From Laetmonice hystrix (taxonomy: Eukaryota): a stretch of DNA of 64,000 nucleotides. The stretch's first letter is position 1. Every line of letters begins with the position of its first letter. The stretch lies in NCBI GenBank assembly GCA_965235115.1, contig OZ249436.1:52328001-52392000 (forward strand), in the 5' to 3' direction. The notes beneath the pieces were generated by a model that worked only from the letters and a program-made list of their open reading frames with translations, was not told the origin of the DNA and made no database searches. The position numbers and the translations under genes are program-made. Shown here piece after piece: positions 1 through 11,479 of this stretch.

Positions 1-645
1 CAGACGTCGAGCTCTCAGAGGGTATGGCTGATGAACTAAACGCTCATGAATTACAGATCGTCAGGGTGTTCTTGTTTGATTCAAAGGAGAAATGTACAAC
101 AAATGATTATTAAAACAATGAATATGAAATGTGAATGGACGTCTGTATTATTGCCTTTGTTTTACCCCACACCTGCATTCTATAACAATAGGGCCTATAA
201 TTTATATATGTCATTGACACGACACGTCACCATCACACAGACGGAAAGATACTACACTAAATGCAACTTTGTCCTGTAACTTTTATCATTTTTGAACGCG
301 GTTAACTTGATACAATGTAACTCGGTCATCTTCCTCCAGTCATTTATCACTGAACACCAGTGTCTTGAACATTGCATGTAAAATCCTGCTTGGGTCAGTT
401 CCATTGCCTTCAACGTTTAAAGGCACAGGCTTGTCGAAAATCACGTTAGGACCACCGCAAGGCCTCCATGTATACTCACCTTTCACAGTGGTGGTTCGAA
501 ATAAATGCCCCCCCCCCCCCCTCTCCAAGAAGTCATATGTCGAACATGACATCTGTGTCAATATCACGGGCCGCCATTCTGGTACTTTCCGGAAGTCCGC
601 TGACGTCACAGAGTCATTAATGTTCTGGTCTATATCTATTTGCGT
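1..645 (+). repeat. Segmental duplicate copy A (near-identical to 12036-12660; continues beyond the left window edge)
   Basis: Position 1 aligns with 12036; by eye about 8 substitutions plus a poly-C length change over ~570 bp; similarity decays by ~645/12660. Confidence 0.93.
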
Positions 646-658
646 ATGCGCATGCGCA
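571..658. promoter_or_regulatory. Cluster of housekeeping-promoter-like motifs (YY1-like CCGCCATT, ETS CCGGAAGT, CRE TGACGTCA, NRF1 TGCGCATGCGCA)
   Basis: Literal motif matches at ~571, ~589, 601-608 and 647-658, followed by a GC-rich stretch; no downstream gene identified. Confidence 0.35.
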
Positions 659-2541
659 TGCTGCTGTCTGCCAGCAACCGAGCAGACCTACCCTCAATCA
701 ATCCAGCTCGGGGTTGTCGGTATACATAGAACCTATAGGGCTAGGGTACAGGCGGCCAGGCCAGGCGGGTGATGGGGGCAGTCCCACGAGAGACTGGACA
801 AGTAGGCCTACGGACAGGGAGGCAGGGGGTTGGCCGATCCTGCGGTGCGAGTGTCCCAACGCGTGTTGACGGGTGACTGGAGCCTTTCGGCTGCCAGTAG
901 CAAGTAGGCCTACGACTCATCGCCATCCGGGTAAATTGATGTCGACCAAATCCCCCAAACAACCAAGGGATTTTCTTTGTAATATAACTATCACTATCCC
1001 TAACCAGGCTAATTCTAACTCTTTTTGAAAAGACTAACTAATAAACGCAAAACGTCTGCTCACTGCCCGGATCTGAGTGCCCGTTCGTGGCCAGGGTGGG
1101 GTCCAGCCGGGCTGCGCTCTGTCAACATCACACCTCCGAGCGTACGATAGTTATGACTTAAATGCAGGCAGCCGAAACCTACGGCAGCCTGGTATATCGA
1201 ACGGAAGGACAAATACAAGACTTGTTTAGGTGGGACCTACGTGTTCTTCCGAGTGCCAGCAAATGGCGATAAGAACAATCCTGTGACTCCCTGTAACTCT
1301 CGAAAACATTGCAAGGTTTCATGTTTCATGGACACACATAATTCTTTAATAACCTAGTTGCAGAGCCAATGAAGGATATGGTGCTACAAGGGCCCAACCC
1401 ACTCTGTTCAACATGGAGGATTCTGCAAGCTGATGCACAACCATCCGTCATACCAGCCCTCAGTCAATTCGTCGGCAGTGGGGCACTTTTTCAAAAGCTG
1501 ACGATGCGATATTGCGGGTTGATACAATCGTGACTTACCATAAAATTATCCAAAAGATTAAAAAACCAATGAACAATAAATTTTAATGACAAAAGGAGAT
1601 TTTTGATGGTGACATGGTATGGAATCAAAAATGGGGGAAACCGGCACCTTCCCTCATAGAACTAGGTCTATTGCGAGCAAGTTCCTAAAATACATCCTTG
1701 GTCGTTGTTGTGTGTTAGGGTCGTTCTACTGGTCCCGCATGTTGGTACAGACGGTCCTTCAGCCCCGAGAGTGGTTGAACAAAGTCGGCGGAGGTCTGGC
1801 AGACACGACACGTGCAATAACGTTATGAACTGATGGCCAAGACGGTATATCACATGCAATGGAAATGCACTCGCGCTGAAGATGAGTACAGTGGCATCCC
1901 TCCCGTCGAAGCAGAATACAGTTGTACCACTCGTGGTAAAGAAGAGTTTAGTATGTTGCGCTAAATAGTTTAGTACATTCCATTTTCCAACCCTCGTTCA
2001 AAGTCAGGTCCAGTGTATATACAACGCTCCCCTGCTTACCTTCTTTGGACGAAAAGAAATGTACAGAATTTGTCCTGGAAGATCGCATCCTGAAAGCTCT
2101 TTTCAACTTGTGTGAATTCTAAACTAGAAGTATCCGCCTGCGTGTCCCAGAAGAACCGGAGACATTGTTCGTTTCGACCATACCAACCATGTGGACGTCC
2201 TGACGTTGGCGTGACTGCCAAACTGTGAACCGCTCTCCCTCCATCCATATTCAAACACATCGTTACCTAAACTGCTGGGCCCTTTTAAAATGACGTTAGA
2301 GCTAGATCGCCAGCAGTTCCGAAAGAAAATATATGAATACCTTTAATCTAATATCGATGGTAATGTCTATGATGCAAATCTGCCACGCTTCTCTCGCAGA
2401 TTACAATTCGCTGCCTTCTCTGATAGCCTATTATGAATAGAACGACTAGCTAGAAATCCTATTGAGCGGTATAAATATGGAAAACACCAGTCAAATATGG
2501 ATATCCATTGAGCATGTTAAAAGCAGTTTAAGATGCTGCCC

Positions 2542-2577
2542 TATATAAAAGCCCGTTGAAGTGACCGATGTGCAGTT
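2542..2577 (+). promoter_or_regulatory. Core promoter of His/Gly-rich gene 1 (TATA box plus Inr-like)
   Basis: TATATAAAA at 2542-2550; GCAGTT about 30 bp downstream; ATG at 2630. Confidence 0.65.
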
Positions 2578-2629
2578 CCAAGCCAAACGACTGTGATCTT
2601 TAAACGAAGTCCGTGGGCGTCCGTCAGCA

Positions 2630-4744
2630 ATGAACTGGGCCTTCCTCACTCTGGTGGTACACGCCATATTCACTCAACACACAGACGGTGCATTTCAAGG
2701 TAAGCTTTTCATTCATTCTGAGTTCTTTATCTTCTTGTTTGTGCTCTTGTTCTTCGTGTACGTGTTCCTCTTCTTCTTAAAATTGTTCCAGTTGGACAGC
2801 CAATGAAATTCATCGGGCGATGAATATCATTGGCGCTTCTGCAACTGGAATGATGAATTTCATTAAATTTCCCCAGTTCTGTGGGTAAACACTAATTGAT
2901 TTATGTAGTCTAAGAGCTAATCTAACTTAACAACCCAGATCTACATACGAAAAGAGACATCGATTTCGTTTATCTATATGTGCTTGACGTTTTTCGCTGT
3001 GAAACCCCCTCGGACTTTCCTTTTGTTTCGTTTGTATATTTTGTTATTTTATTTTATATATTTTTAATGCTCACAATGTTGCACCACACAGCGAGTTGTG
3101 TTGTACAGTCGTATGTATCCGTTGGCCTACCTGAACGTCTCTTACTGCTGCTCTGTTAAAGCCTATCAGCCCAATGATGAGGGTCGGGTGAGTGTGGGCG
3201 AGTTCCGACCGGAACCTACCGTCGTCTCCAAGGAGTACCAGGCCAGGCATGAACAGTCGACGGATGTCGAGGCTAAGGAAGGTGGTTATGGTTACGGTCT
3301 CAACGGCCACGGGCACGGATACGGAAACGGTGGACGTCATGGAAACGGGAACCGGTACGGGAAGGGCGGCGACGGTGGCCACTTCGGCGGGGTACATGGC
3401 GGAAACTCTCTCGGCAAGGGATTTGGTGGTGATTCCATCAGCAAGAATACTGGCAATGTGTATGTTGGGTACAGCAGTCAATATGGGAGTGGAAGTTACG
3501 GTGGGAATGGACAGATTAGTCACTCGGCCAACAAGGGTCATGAATACAGTGAATACAACACCGACTTTGGAGGTGGTACGTACGGTGTGAGTGGACACGG
3601 AGGTGCTACGTACGGTGTGAGTGGACACGGAGGTGCTACGTACGGTGGGAGTGGACACGGAGGTACTACATACGGTGGGAGTGGACACGGAGGTGGTACG
3701 TCCGGTGTGAGTGGACACGGAGGTGCTACGTACGGTGGGAGTGGACACGGAGGTGCTACGTACGGTGGGAGTAGACACGGAGGTGCTACGTACGGTGGGA
3801 GTGGACACGGAGGTGCTACGTACGGTGGGAGTGCACACGGAGGTGGTACGTACGGTGGGAGTGCACACGGAGGTGCTACGTACGGTGGGAGTGGACACGG
3901 AGGTGGTACCTACGGTGGGAGTGGACACGGTGTGAGTGGACACGGAGGTGCTACGTACGGTGGGAGTGGACACGGAGGTGCTACGTACGGTGGGAGTGGA
4001 CGCGGAGGTGCTACGTACGGTGGGAGTGGACACGGAGGTGGTACGTACGGTGTGAGTGGACACGGAGGCGGCGGAAGTAAAGGAACCTCTACAGGAGGTG
4101 ACCGAGGAGGGAGTCACGCAGGGGGCGGTGGTCATGCTGGCCGCTATGATGGAAGTGGATATGGTAAGGGTGGACACTCAGAACGGGGTGGGCAGGGTGG
4201 TCACCTAGGGAGTGGTCACCTAGGAGGGGATGGACAGGGTGGGCACTCAGGAGGGGATACAGTGGGGACAGGCGCCTTTGTTAAAGGTTATAACTATCGG
4301 GGTTTCTCGACAGGGTCGGGTTATGGTAAAAACGACGGCGGTGCAGTCGGCGGCCATGGAGGTGCGGGTGGATACGAAGGGCGTAGCACACAAGACGGCG
4401 GGCTCATGTGGCTCGGTGGCTCCCATACCCAAGGGAAGGGCGATCATTCGGGCAAAGGCCAGTCGTCCCACGCCTGGAACGGCAAGACCAAACAGGAGTA
4501 CCAAAAGGGGGCTTCAGACACCTACAGCCATGATGGCACGAAAACGAAAAAATACAACTATGGCGGATCTGGCTGGTATAAGGAGACGAGCAAGGGAGAG
4601 GTGACGGGATTAGGGAGCGCTGGAGGCCAAGGCGCATCTAAGTTTGGTGGAGAAAAACATGGCTCCCACAAACGGGTCTTAGATATTAATCACGGCAGCA
4701 AGGACCAAACTGGAGGCCACAAGCATTACTACGGCTACAGTTAA
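2630..4744 (+). CDS. Secreted Gly/His/Tyr-rich structural protein, paralog 1 (550 aa)
   Basis: join(2630..2699,3162..4744). Exon 1 MNWAFLTLVVHAIFTQHTDGAFQ is signal-peptide-like; donor AG|GTAAGC; phase-1 acceptor ttaaag|cc; GGATYGGSGH repeats; 111-aa conserved C-terminal domain; AATAAA at 4831-4836. Confidence 0.85.
3569..4063 (+). repeat. Coding 30-bp tandem repeat (GGATYGGSGH, 16 units plus one half unit)
   Basis: Unit ggaggtgctacgtacggtgggagtggacac repeated in frame within paralog 1 exon 2. Confidence 0.95.
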
Positions 4745-4938
4745 GATAATCATAAGATAATCGGTCACCCAGGAACCTACATTTGTAATGGCATTATGAG
4801 CCGAGTGGGTAATCCTGGTTAATCATGGTTAATAAACAAAATGAAAAAAAAGATGCAACGAATCTAGCCACATTAACGTTATGACCCATGCATGGACTTG
4901 AATTAACAGGTTAGAAAATTAAAGGAACGAAACATCGA

Positions 4939-5202
4939 TGTTCTGTCCCCGACTGCACAGAAAGTATAACCCAACAACAAGCCTCCATTCCAATTGACTT
5001 CTTGGTTTATTAGATGTTTGTCGTGTAGAGGTAAAAAGACTGTACGCGAACCCTAGAGCCGCTTCTCGCCAACTCTCGCTTATTCTCCGAGATTAAAACA
5101 CCGCCATCTAGTGGCCAAAGTCAGAACCCTCAAAAACCAAATCTTCCCCTCCGCCAGAGGGCGCTAAACTAAACTTAAATATATACTAGTACTACCAGCA
5201 CA
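4939..5202 (-). repeat. 3' LTR of the BEL/Pao element
   Basis: Direct repeat of 11586-11849; abuts the polypurine tract. Confidence 0.97.
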
Positions 5203-5446
5203 CTCCCCGTCTGATATCATCACGATATCACCACATATAAAGGAAAATAATAATATGTTACCATGTTCATACAGTAAATATCCTTGTGAATCGTTCTGAC
5301 TGGAACAACAACCAAATTCTCACCTGAGCTCAAGTTACTGATACATCTGTTGATAACTTACAAGCAATAGAGACCAACCTTAATGTTAGACGTTTTGTGT
5401 TTTAAACGAACACTGCTTTTACATGGGTCTGATACAAATGATTAAT

Positions 5447-8400
5447 TTACTCCACCAGTAACACCAAATCTGTAATGGGGCGGGTGTATGTTCGCATTTC
5501 CCCATCTTTCATGATTTTGACACACGCTTTACGCACCTCACCATCGTCACTGGGTAAAGTGTTCACAACAACCGCGAGTGGCCACCAATTTCTAGGAACC
5601 GCATCGTCCTTCATGAGAACAACATCACCTTCTTTGAGGTTTTTTGAGAGTTTTAACCACTTTCGGCGCACTTGGAGTCCCTGCAGGTATCCGACCCGCC
5701 ACTTAGCCCAAAACATGTCCGACAGGACTTGAACACGTTTCCACTGTGCCCGATACATGTCTTTTAGATCATATGAGTCACACATTGGAGGCATAAAATC
5801 GACTTTGCCAGTTAAGAGCATTGATGGGCTTATAACCATGGCTGACCCAGGGTCAGACGAGATCTGACCAAGCGGTCTTGAGTTAATGATGGCAGATACT
5901 TCCGCCATGAATGTTGTCAGACTTTCGTGAGTCAAGAGTTGGTTTCCTGACTCCAGAATGAGCGAGTTTAATATCCGGCGAGTCACACCGATGAGGCGTT
6001 CCCACACTCCTCCCATGTGGGAGCAGTGAGGAGCATTAAAGATCCATTTTGTTCCTAAATCAGTGAGGAAACGTTTGACTGGTGGATCCTCAACATTAAC
6101 AGTGTCAATCTTTAACTCCTCTGCAGCCCCAACAAAGTTTGTGCCCCGATCTGACCGAAACAGTTTTACAGGGCCTCTGAGAGCGAGAAAACGCCTGAGT
6201 GCATTTATGAAGGAGGAGCTACTTAGGTCCTCCACGACCTCTATGTGTACACCCCTTGTTGTCAAGCAGGTGAACAAGATCGCCCACCTCTTACTCTGGG
6301 CGACGCCACCTCGTGTGCGGCGAGTTACAATCTCCCATGGGCCGAATGTATCGACCCCCACGGATGTGAATGGTGGTCCAGGGCTAAGCCTGTCTGTCGG
6401 AAGATCCGCCATTTTTTGATGCAGTGGTTTTCCCCTCAGTCTGCGGCACACAACACAATTTTGGATGAGTGACGTTATCATACGTCTCACACCCACAATC
6501 CAATATCCATTGCCGCGGACCGATCCTTCCGTGAAATGTCTTCCCTGATGTTTCACCAAGCTATGACAATGGCTGATGATGAGACGAGACACATGATGGC
6601 CTTTTGGTAGGATGATCGGGTTAACTTCCTTCGTGGGTTGGGAACCTTTGAGCTTGTTCAATCTCCCCCCGACCCTCAGTAATCCGTTTTCGTCTACAAA
6701 CGGATCCAGTGTCCGGAGCGAACTGTTACGTGGCAGGTCTCTCCCCGCCATGAGGCACTGGACCTCTACCCTGAAAGCATCCCTCTGCACTTCCTTCAGG
6801 ATAAGGATTTCCACATCACACTGCAACTCCTGGCTGGTCATTTTCGAACAGTCGCGCCATCCCCGTGAGGCACATGATTTTGCGGCATGAGACTGTGCAA
6901 CATGTTTTAGAACCGAGAGTGCCCTCACGGCCGCTGTCCAGGTTGAAAACCTCTGAAATCGTTGACTCCCGAGACTGACCCGAGTCTCAGATTTTTTCAC
7001 TTCCACGTGGGGGCGAATTTCCTTGTCGTCATCAGGGTTGAGCAAGGGATAGTTTCCTGGGAAACAGGCATCCTGGGTGGCCTCCTTTCCATGCTGCTTG
7101 GATCCATGCAACCATACTTCCAATTGCTCCAATGTTGAGGTCAAGCATCTCGTACCACAATCGGCTGGGTTGCGGCTGGTTGGCACAAAAAACCATTGTT
7201 CAGGAGAGGCAACCCTTACAATGCGGTCCACGCGGTTACTGACATAGGTATAAAACCGTCGGGTTCTGTTGTTGATATATCCTAAGACGACCTTACTGTC
7301 TGTGTGGTACTTCACGGCAGTGAAGTGTACATCTAGTTGATCCTGTACAGTTTCTGCGATCTCTGTCGCAAGGACTGCCCCACACAATTCCAGGCGAGGA
7401 ATCGTGTGACCTCGTTTGGGAGCTAGCTTTGCTTTTCCCATGATGAATCCCATTTTCTGTTCACCCCTGGTGTCCGTCATTCTGATATATGCCACTGCTG
7501 CTATGGCCTTTTCGGAAGCATCCGAAAACACTAAGAGTTCTATTTGTTGTGCTGTATCAAGTGATTCTGACACGTACATCCTCGGAATCGCAAGTTCCTG
7601 AAGATTTTTCAGCGACGCTTTCCACTCTTCCCATTTCGCTTGACAGGCTGCTGGAAGAGGTTCATCCCAATTTGTGCCCGGAGGCGACGCCTCCCTGAGA
7701 ATGATTTTTCCCTGGATGGTGATTGGAGCAATAAATCCCAGAGGATCGAATACACTGTTTATGGCAGATAGAATTCCACGTCGGGTACACGGCTTGACGT
7801 CTGGCTCATTCTCAAATATGAAGCAGTCAGAATTCAGGTCCCATGACAGACCAAGGCTGTGTTGCAATGGTAAATGCTCTTCACCTATGTTGACGCGTTT
7901 TAGGTCCTTCCCTAGATCCTCTGCTGGGAAAGCTTTCATGACCTGTGAGTCGTTGGATACAATTTTGTGCAACCTGATGTCACCTGATGATGCCAGGGCA
8001 TGCTGAGTGCGCTTCATCAAATCAATGGCTTCCTCACGTGTTGGAAGAGAGACCAGACCGTCATCTACGTAAAAGTTTTTGCTGACCAGCTTTCGTACTT
8101 CATCATCACAAGCTGCTACTGCTCGGCGCAGCCCATAAGTTGCAACTGCCGGCGATGGGCTATTTCCAAAAACATGCACACACATCCGATACTCTGTTAG
8201 AGGCCTATCGGGATCGTTGTTTTGATACCAAAAGAACCTGAGGTAGTCTCTGTGGGCCTCATGGACTCGGAATCGGTAGAACATTTGTTCTATGTCGGCT
8301 GTAACAGCCACGCTATTCTTCCGGAAACGCAGCATTATTCCCGTCAGATTGTTTGTGAGATCAGGCCCACTCATCAGCAAGCTATTGAGGGACACACCCT

Positions 8401-11400
8401 TCGTTGTCGCTGACGAGTCAAATACACCCCTAATCTGATCCGGTTTTCGTGGGTGATATACACCAAAGAGAGGGAGATACCAGCACAGGCCATCAGGGGG
8501 CGTGGATGCTGGCTCAGCTGCACCGCTGTCGATCACCCTACTCATGAATGCGACGAAATGTTCCCTTTTAACCTTGTTTTGCCGCAGGCTGGCATCCAAG
8601 AGTTTAGCCCGCTTCCATGCTTCAGCTTTGTTGTCTGGTAACAACTGTCTAGGCTTTCTGAGGGGTAATGGAGCTGTCCAACGACCTTTTTCATCAATTT
8701 TGAACTCCATGTCCATCAGCTCAACAAATTTCCTGTCCTCCTGAGACAATCCAACTTTCTCATCATCCTTTGTTTTTTGAAATACTGTGTCATCATCATC
8801 TTCTCTTAATGCTTGGGTGTAGATTTTAGACTCTACCTGTTCCTTTAGACTCAGACTTTTCATGCACGGTTCGAAAATAGTCTCACGATTTTCTCCCAAG
8901 ACATGTGTCTTGTTCACACTAATTGAGCTGGGACAGTGAACTTTTCCCAGGCACACTTCCCCGATAATGACCCAGCCTAAGCTCAATCTCTGTGCGAATG
9001 GCATGTTGCTGGGACCGAGTATTTGTTCATGGACATGATGTACATCAGGAATGTCTCTCCCGATTAAGAGCTCGATGTCCACCTTTGGAGCGAGTTTAGG
9101 AATATGTCCGACAAGCCGCTGTAGATGAGAGTAGTGTTCCGCTATTTCTGGAGTTGGTATCTCCGACCTATCATTGGGAATGTGGTCACATTCGATCACA
9201 ACTGGCAAGTTGATGCAAGTATTGTCATGCAGTGATCCCACAGATATCCCTTTCGCACGTCTCGCTGATGCTGTGGTGCTTCCAGCGCAGGTTGATAAGG
9301 TATACTGCACCGGCTCCGTCTGTACATTGAGTTTATCAATCAACTGAGGTGAAGCAAGCGTTCGGTTGCTTTGATCATCTAAGATGGCATACACCTTGAT
9401 TGCCTCCTGTGGCTTCCCTGTAGGGTAGACATTTACCAACACTGTTTTACCACATGACCGTCCCCCAAAGCCATCTCCACACAGTGTCACACAGTTCGAC
9501 GCTAATGTTTCATTTGGAATTTGAGGTTTATCACTATCTCCCCGTTGACTGTGTTTTTCCTCCTGACCTGGACCTGGACCTGGTTTTCCAGCGTGCATGA
9601 CAGATGCGTGACGTGTGCTGCCACAATGTTTACACTTAATGTCCACTGGGCACCTCCGCGCCATGTGTTTAGACGATACACAGCATTTGAAGCAAATGTT
9701 ATTGTCTTTCAGGATTTTGCGGCGCTCTTCTAATGACTTAGCTTCAAACGCTCTACACTCACTCAAGGCATGGTTGGATTTGTGGATGGGGCACTTGTCA
9801 CTTGCTGAACTTGCTCCTGTCTCCTCAGTTTCTGTCTTTCGGCTTACGAACGTAGTTGTCCTGGTTGTGCCCTTTGATGCATTGTTTTTATTTACAGGTG
9901 CTGTGTCATACGCGAAAGCAGGATCATTTTTAACAGCACTGATTTCCCGGATGTAGTCAACAAAGAAGGAGAAAGGAGGAAATGGTACCTTGTAATAGCG
10001 CTTGTAATTGAAGGCCGTCGATGTCCATTTTTCCTGCAACCCATATGGCAACTTGTTTACCACCGATAATATGCCTGGTGATGTATCAAACTGTGCGAGC
10101 GGAGCACCATACTGGGGGTCCTCTTTGACCGACTCGATCACCGTGAGAATGTCCAGTAAATCATACAGTTTCAGAGAATCACGATTTGTAAGTTTTGGGA
10201 AACTGTCAAGTTTTGCTGTGAGTGAGGCTAGGACCATCTCAGGTCGACCATACCGTTCATTCAGTCTTTCCCAGATCAGGAAAACACCCCTGTGAGGATT
10301 GTTCATGTTTGAAGCCTTGATGCTTTGGGCAAACCGAGATGATTCAACCCCTAACCATTTTACTAACAAGTCTATCTCTTCACTGACAGTGACATTCAGC
10401 TCTTTCACCACACTACTGAAGCTATACTTCCATGCTGAGAATGACTCGGGACAGTCATCAAATTTTGTGAGCCTGGTTAAGAGTAACTCCTTTTTGAGTA
10501 AGAACTGGGTAAAAACTGATGGGTCTTGGTATACTTGCCCTACATTTTGAGTCTCAAGTTTGAAGGTTGGTGCATTTGGGTTGAGAGTATTTTCAGCTGC
10601 AGGTGTAGCCCTACTTGTGATTTTTCCTTCAAACTTCATGCCCTGGAGATTCGCCTTATGATCCCCCAAAGCTGGTCGATGTCCCTGTCCAACGGGCGGT
10701 TGTGATTGTGGGTTGGGTTGTGGGTCCAACCCTCCTGTGGTGGAGTATGCAAGGAGGTCACTAGGTGCGACAGATGCTGCACTGGCCTGTTGAATGTGAC
10801 TGTGAGAGTCCATAGCTGCTTGCTGTTGAATGCGACTGTGAGAGTCCATAGCTCCTTGCTGTTGAATGCGACTGTGAGAGTCCATAGCTCCTTGCTGTTG
10901 AATGCGACTGTGAGAGTCCATAGCTCCTTGCTGTTGAATGCGACTGTGAGAGTCCATAGCTCCTTGCTGTTGAATGCGACTGTGAGAGTCCATAGCTCCT
11001 TGCTGTTGAATGTTACTGTTAGAGTTCATAGCTGCTTGCTGTTGAACGTAACTCTGTGTTAATTCCAATTTGTTGGCTTGTACAGACGTTTGTTCCAGTA
11101 CAGGAGGAGGAGAACTGGTTACTGAACGTGGACAGCTTAATTCCTCCAGTACTCGTACCTCTGCCTCTGCTGCAGCTAACTCTGTCTGATGTTTTAGTAG
11201 TAATATCTCAGCGTCAATTTCTGCCCCTTGCCTGTCCTTCTCAGCCTTTTGTTTTAGCAGGCCTGCTTGTTTTTCACAGAACCGAAGCCGCGCACGTTCT
11301 GCTTCTACCTTAGCACGTTTGCAAGCTAGAACCATACTACTTGCCTTCGAGCTGGTGATCGACAGTTTGGAGCAGTTTGACTTGGTTTCCTCGGCGTCTA

Positions 11401-11479
11401 GGCTTAAACCACGTCCCTTTCCCGTGTTGACGCACGTGTTGTCAGTCTCGGGGGCCGAGACAGCAGCGTGGTCCGCCAT
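5447..11479 (-). CDS. BEL/Pao Gag-Pol polyprotein (2010 aa)
   Basis: Three Cys/His knuckles (CPIHKSNHALSEC, CFKCCVSSKHMARRC, CKHCGSTRHASVMH); protease AILDDQSNRT; RT ADIEQMF and FYVDDGL; Pao-type RNase H VFSDASE, IPRLELC, NPADCGTR; integrase HHCC finger plus VDTFGP/SDRGTNF/GVWERL; C-terminal WPLAVV region. Confidence 0.97.
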   Translation of the reverse strand: MADHAAVSAPETDNTCVNTGKGRGLSLDAEETKSNCSKLSITSSKASSMVLACKRAKVEAERARLRFCEKQAGLLKQKAEKDRQGAEIDAEILLLKHQTELAAAEAEVRVLEELSCPRSVTSSPPPVLEQTSVQANKLELTQSYVQQQAAMNSNSNIQQQGAMDSHSRIQQQGAMDSHSRIQQQGAMDSHSRIQQQGAMDSHSRIQQQGAMDSHSRIQQQAAMDSHSHIQQASAASVAPSDLLAYSTTGGLDPQPNPQSQPPVGQGHRPALGDHKANLQGMKFEGKITSRATPAAENTLNPNAPTFKLETQNVGQVYQDPSVFTQFLLKKELLLTRLTKFDDCPESFSAWKYSFSSVVKELNVTVSEEIDLLVKWLGVESSRFAQSIKASNMNNPHRGVFLIWERLNERYGRPEMVLASLTAKLDSFPKLTNRDSLKLYDLLDILTVIESVKEDPQYGAPLAQFDTSPGILSVVNKLPYGLQEKWTSTAFNYKRYYKVPFPPFSFFVDYIREISAVKNDPAFAYDTAPVNKNNASKGTTRTTTFVSRKTETEETGASSASDKCPIHKSNHALSECRAFEAKSLEERRKILKDNNICFKCCVSSKHMARRCPVDIKCKHCGSTRHASVMHAGKPGPGPGQEEKHSQRGDSDKPQIPNETLASNCVTLCGDGFGGRSCGKTVLVNVYPTGKPQEAIKVYAILDDQSNRTLASPQLIDKLNVQTEPVQYTLSTCAGSTTASARRAKGISVGSLHDNTCINLPVVIECDHIPNDRSEIPTPEIAEHYSHLQRLVGHIPKLAPKVDIELLIGRDIPDVHHVHEQILGPSNMPFAQRLSLGWVIIGEVCLGKVHCPSSISVNKTHVLGENRETIFEPCMKSLSLKEQVESKIYTQALREDDDDTVFQKTKDDEKVGLSQEDRKFVELMDMEFKIDEKGRWTAPLPLRKPRQLLPDNKAEAWKRAKLLDASLRQNKVKREHFVAFMSRVIDSGAAEPASTPPDGLCWYLPLFGVYHPRKPDQIRGVFDSSATTKGVSLNSLLMSGPDLTNNLTGIMLRFRKNSVAVTADIEQMFYRFRVHEAHRDYLRFFWYQNNDPDRPLTEYRMCVHVFGNSPSPAVATYGLRRAVAACDDEVRKLVSKNFYVDDGLVSLPTREEAIDLMKRTQHALASSGDIRLHKIVSNDSQVMKAFPAEDLGKDLKRVNIGEEHLPLQHSLGLSWDLNSDCFIFENEPDVKPCTRRGILSAINSVFDPLGFIAPITIQGKIILREASPPGTNWDEPLPAACQAKWEEWKASLKNLQELAIPRMYVSESLDTAQQIELLVFSDASEKAIAAVAYIRMTDTRGEQKMGFIMGKAKLAPKRGHTIPRLELCGAVLATEIAETVQDQLDVHFTAVKYHTDSKVVLGYINNRTRRFYTYVSNRVDRIVRVASPEQWFFVPTSRNPADCGTRCLTSTLEQLEVWLHGSKQHGKEATQDACFPGNYPLLNPDDDKEIRPHVEVKKSETRVSLGSQRFQRFSTWTAAVRALSVLKHVAQSHAAKSCASRGWRDCSKMTSQELQCDVEILILKEVQRDAFRVEVQCLMAGRDLPRNSSLRTLDPFVDENGLLRVGGRLNKLKGSQPTKEVNPIILPKGHHVSRLIISHCHSLVKHQGRHFTEGSVRGNGYWIVGVRRMITSLIQNCVVCRRLRGKPLHQKMADLPTDRLSPGPPFTSVGVDTFGPWEIVTRRTRGGVAQSKRWAILFTCLTTRGVHIEVVEDLSSSSFINALRRFLALRGPVKLFRSDRGTNFVGAAEELKIDTVNVEDPPVKRFLTDLGTKWIFNAPHCSHMGGVWERLIGVTRRILNSLILESGNQLLTHESLTTFMAEVSAIINSRPLGQISSDPGSAMVISPSMLLTGKVDFMPPMCDSYDLKDMYRAQWKRVQVLSDMFWAKWRVGYLQGLQVRRKWLKLSKNLKEGDVVLMKDDAVPRNWWPLAVVVNTLPSDDGEVRKACVKIMKDGEMRTYTRPITDLVLLVE
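10788..11047 (-). repeat. Coding 36-bp tandem repeat in gag (QQQGAMDSHSRI, ~7 units)
   Basis: Seen directly in the DNA and in the ORF translation. Confidence 0.95.

Noticed and set aside
46-279. 77-aa ORF repeated almost exactly at 12081-12314
   Set aside because: Conservation is explained by the recent DNA duplication; no recognisable protein features.
998-1005. CCCTAACC as a possible telomerase RNA template with U-rich and A-rich tracts downstream
   Set aside because: No P6.1 (AGAG-UUG-GCUCU-like) stem or convincing H/ACA end; the context resembles the CCCTAA-rich non-autonomous elements at 28970-29016.
3071-4177. Long antisense and alternative-frame ORFs over the His/Gly genes (for example 3071-4177, 15047-15541, 15063-16022, 21896-22693, 22006-22566, 27529-28398)
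   Set aside because: Shadows of Gly/His codon repeats that rarely produce stops; no signal peptide, splice or motif support.
5212-5446. Possible env-like or extra ORF in the retrotransposon
   Set aside because: Only about 235 bp lie between the pol stop and the PPT, with no ORF.
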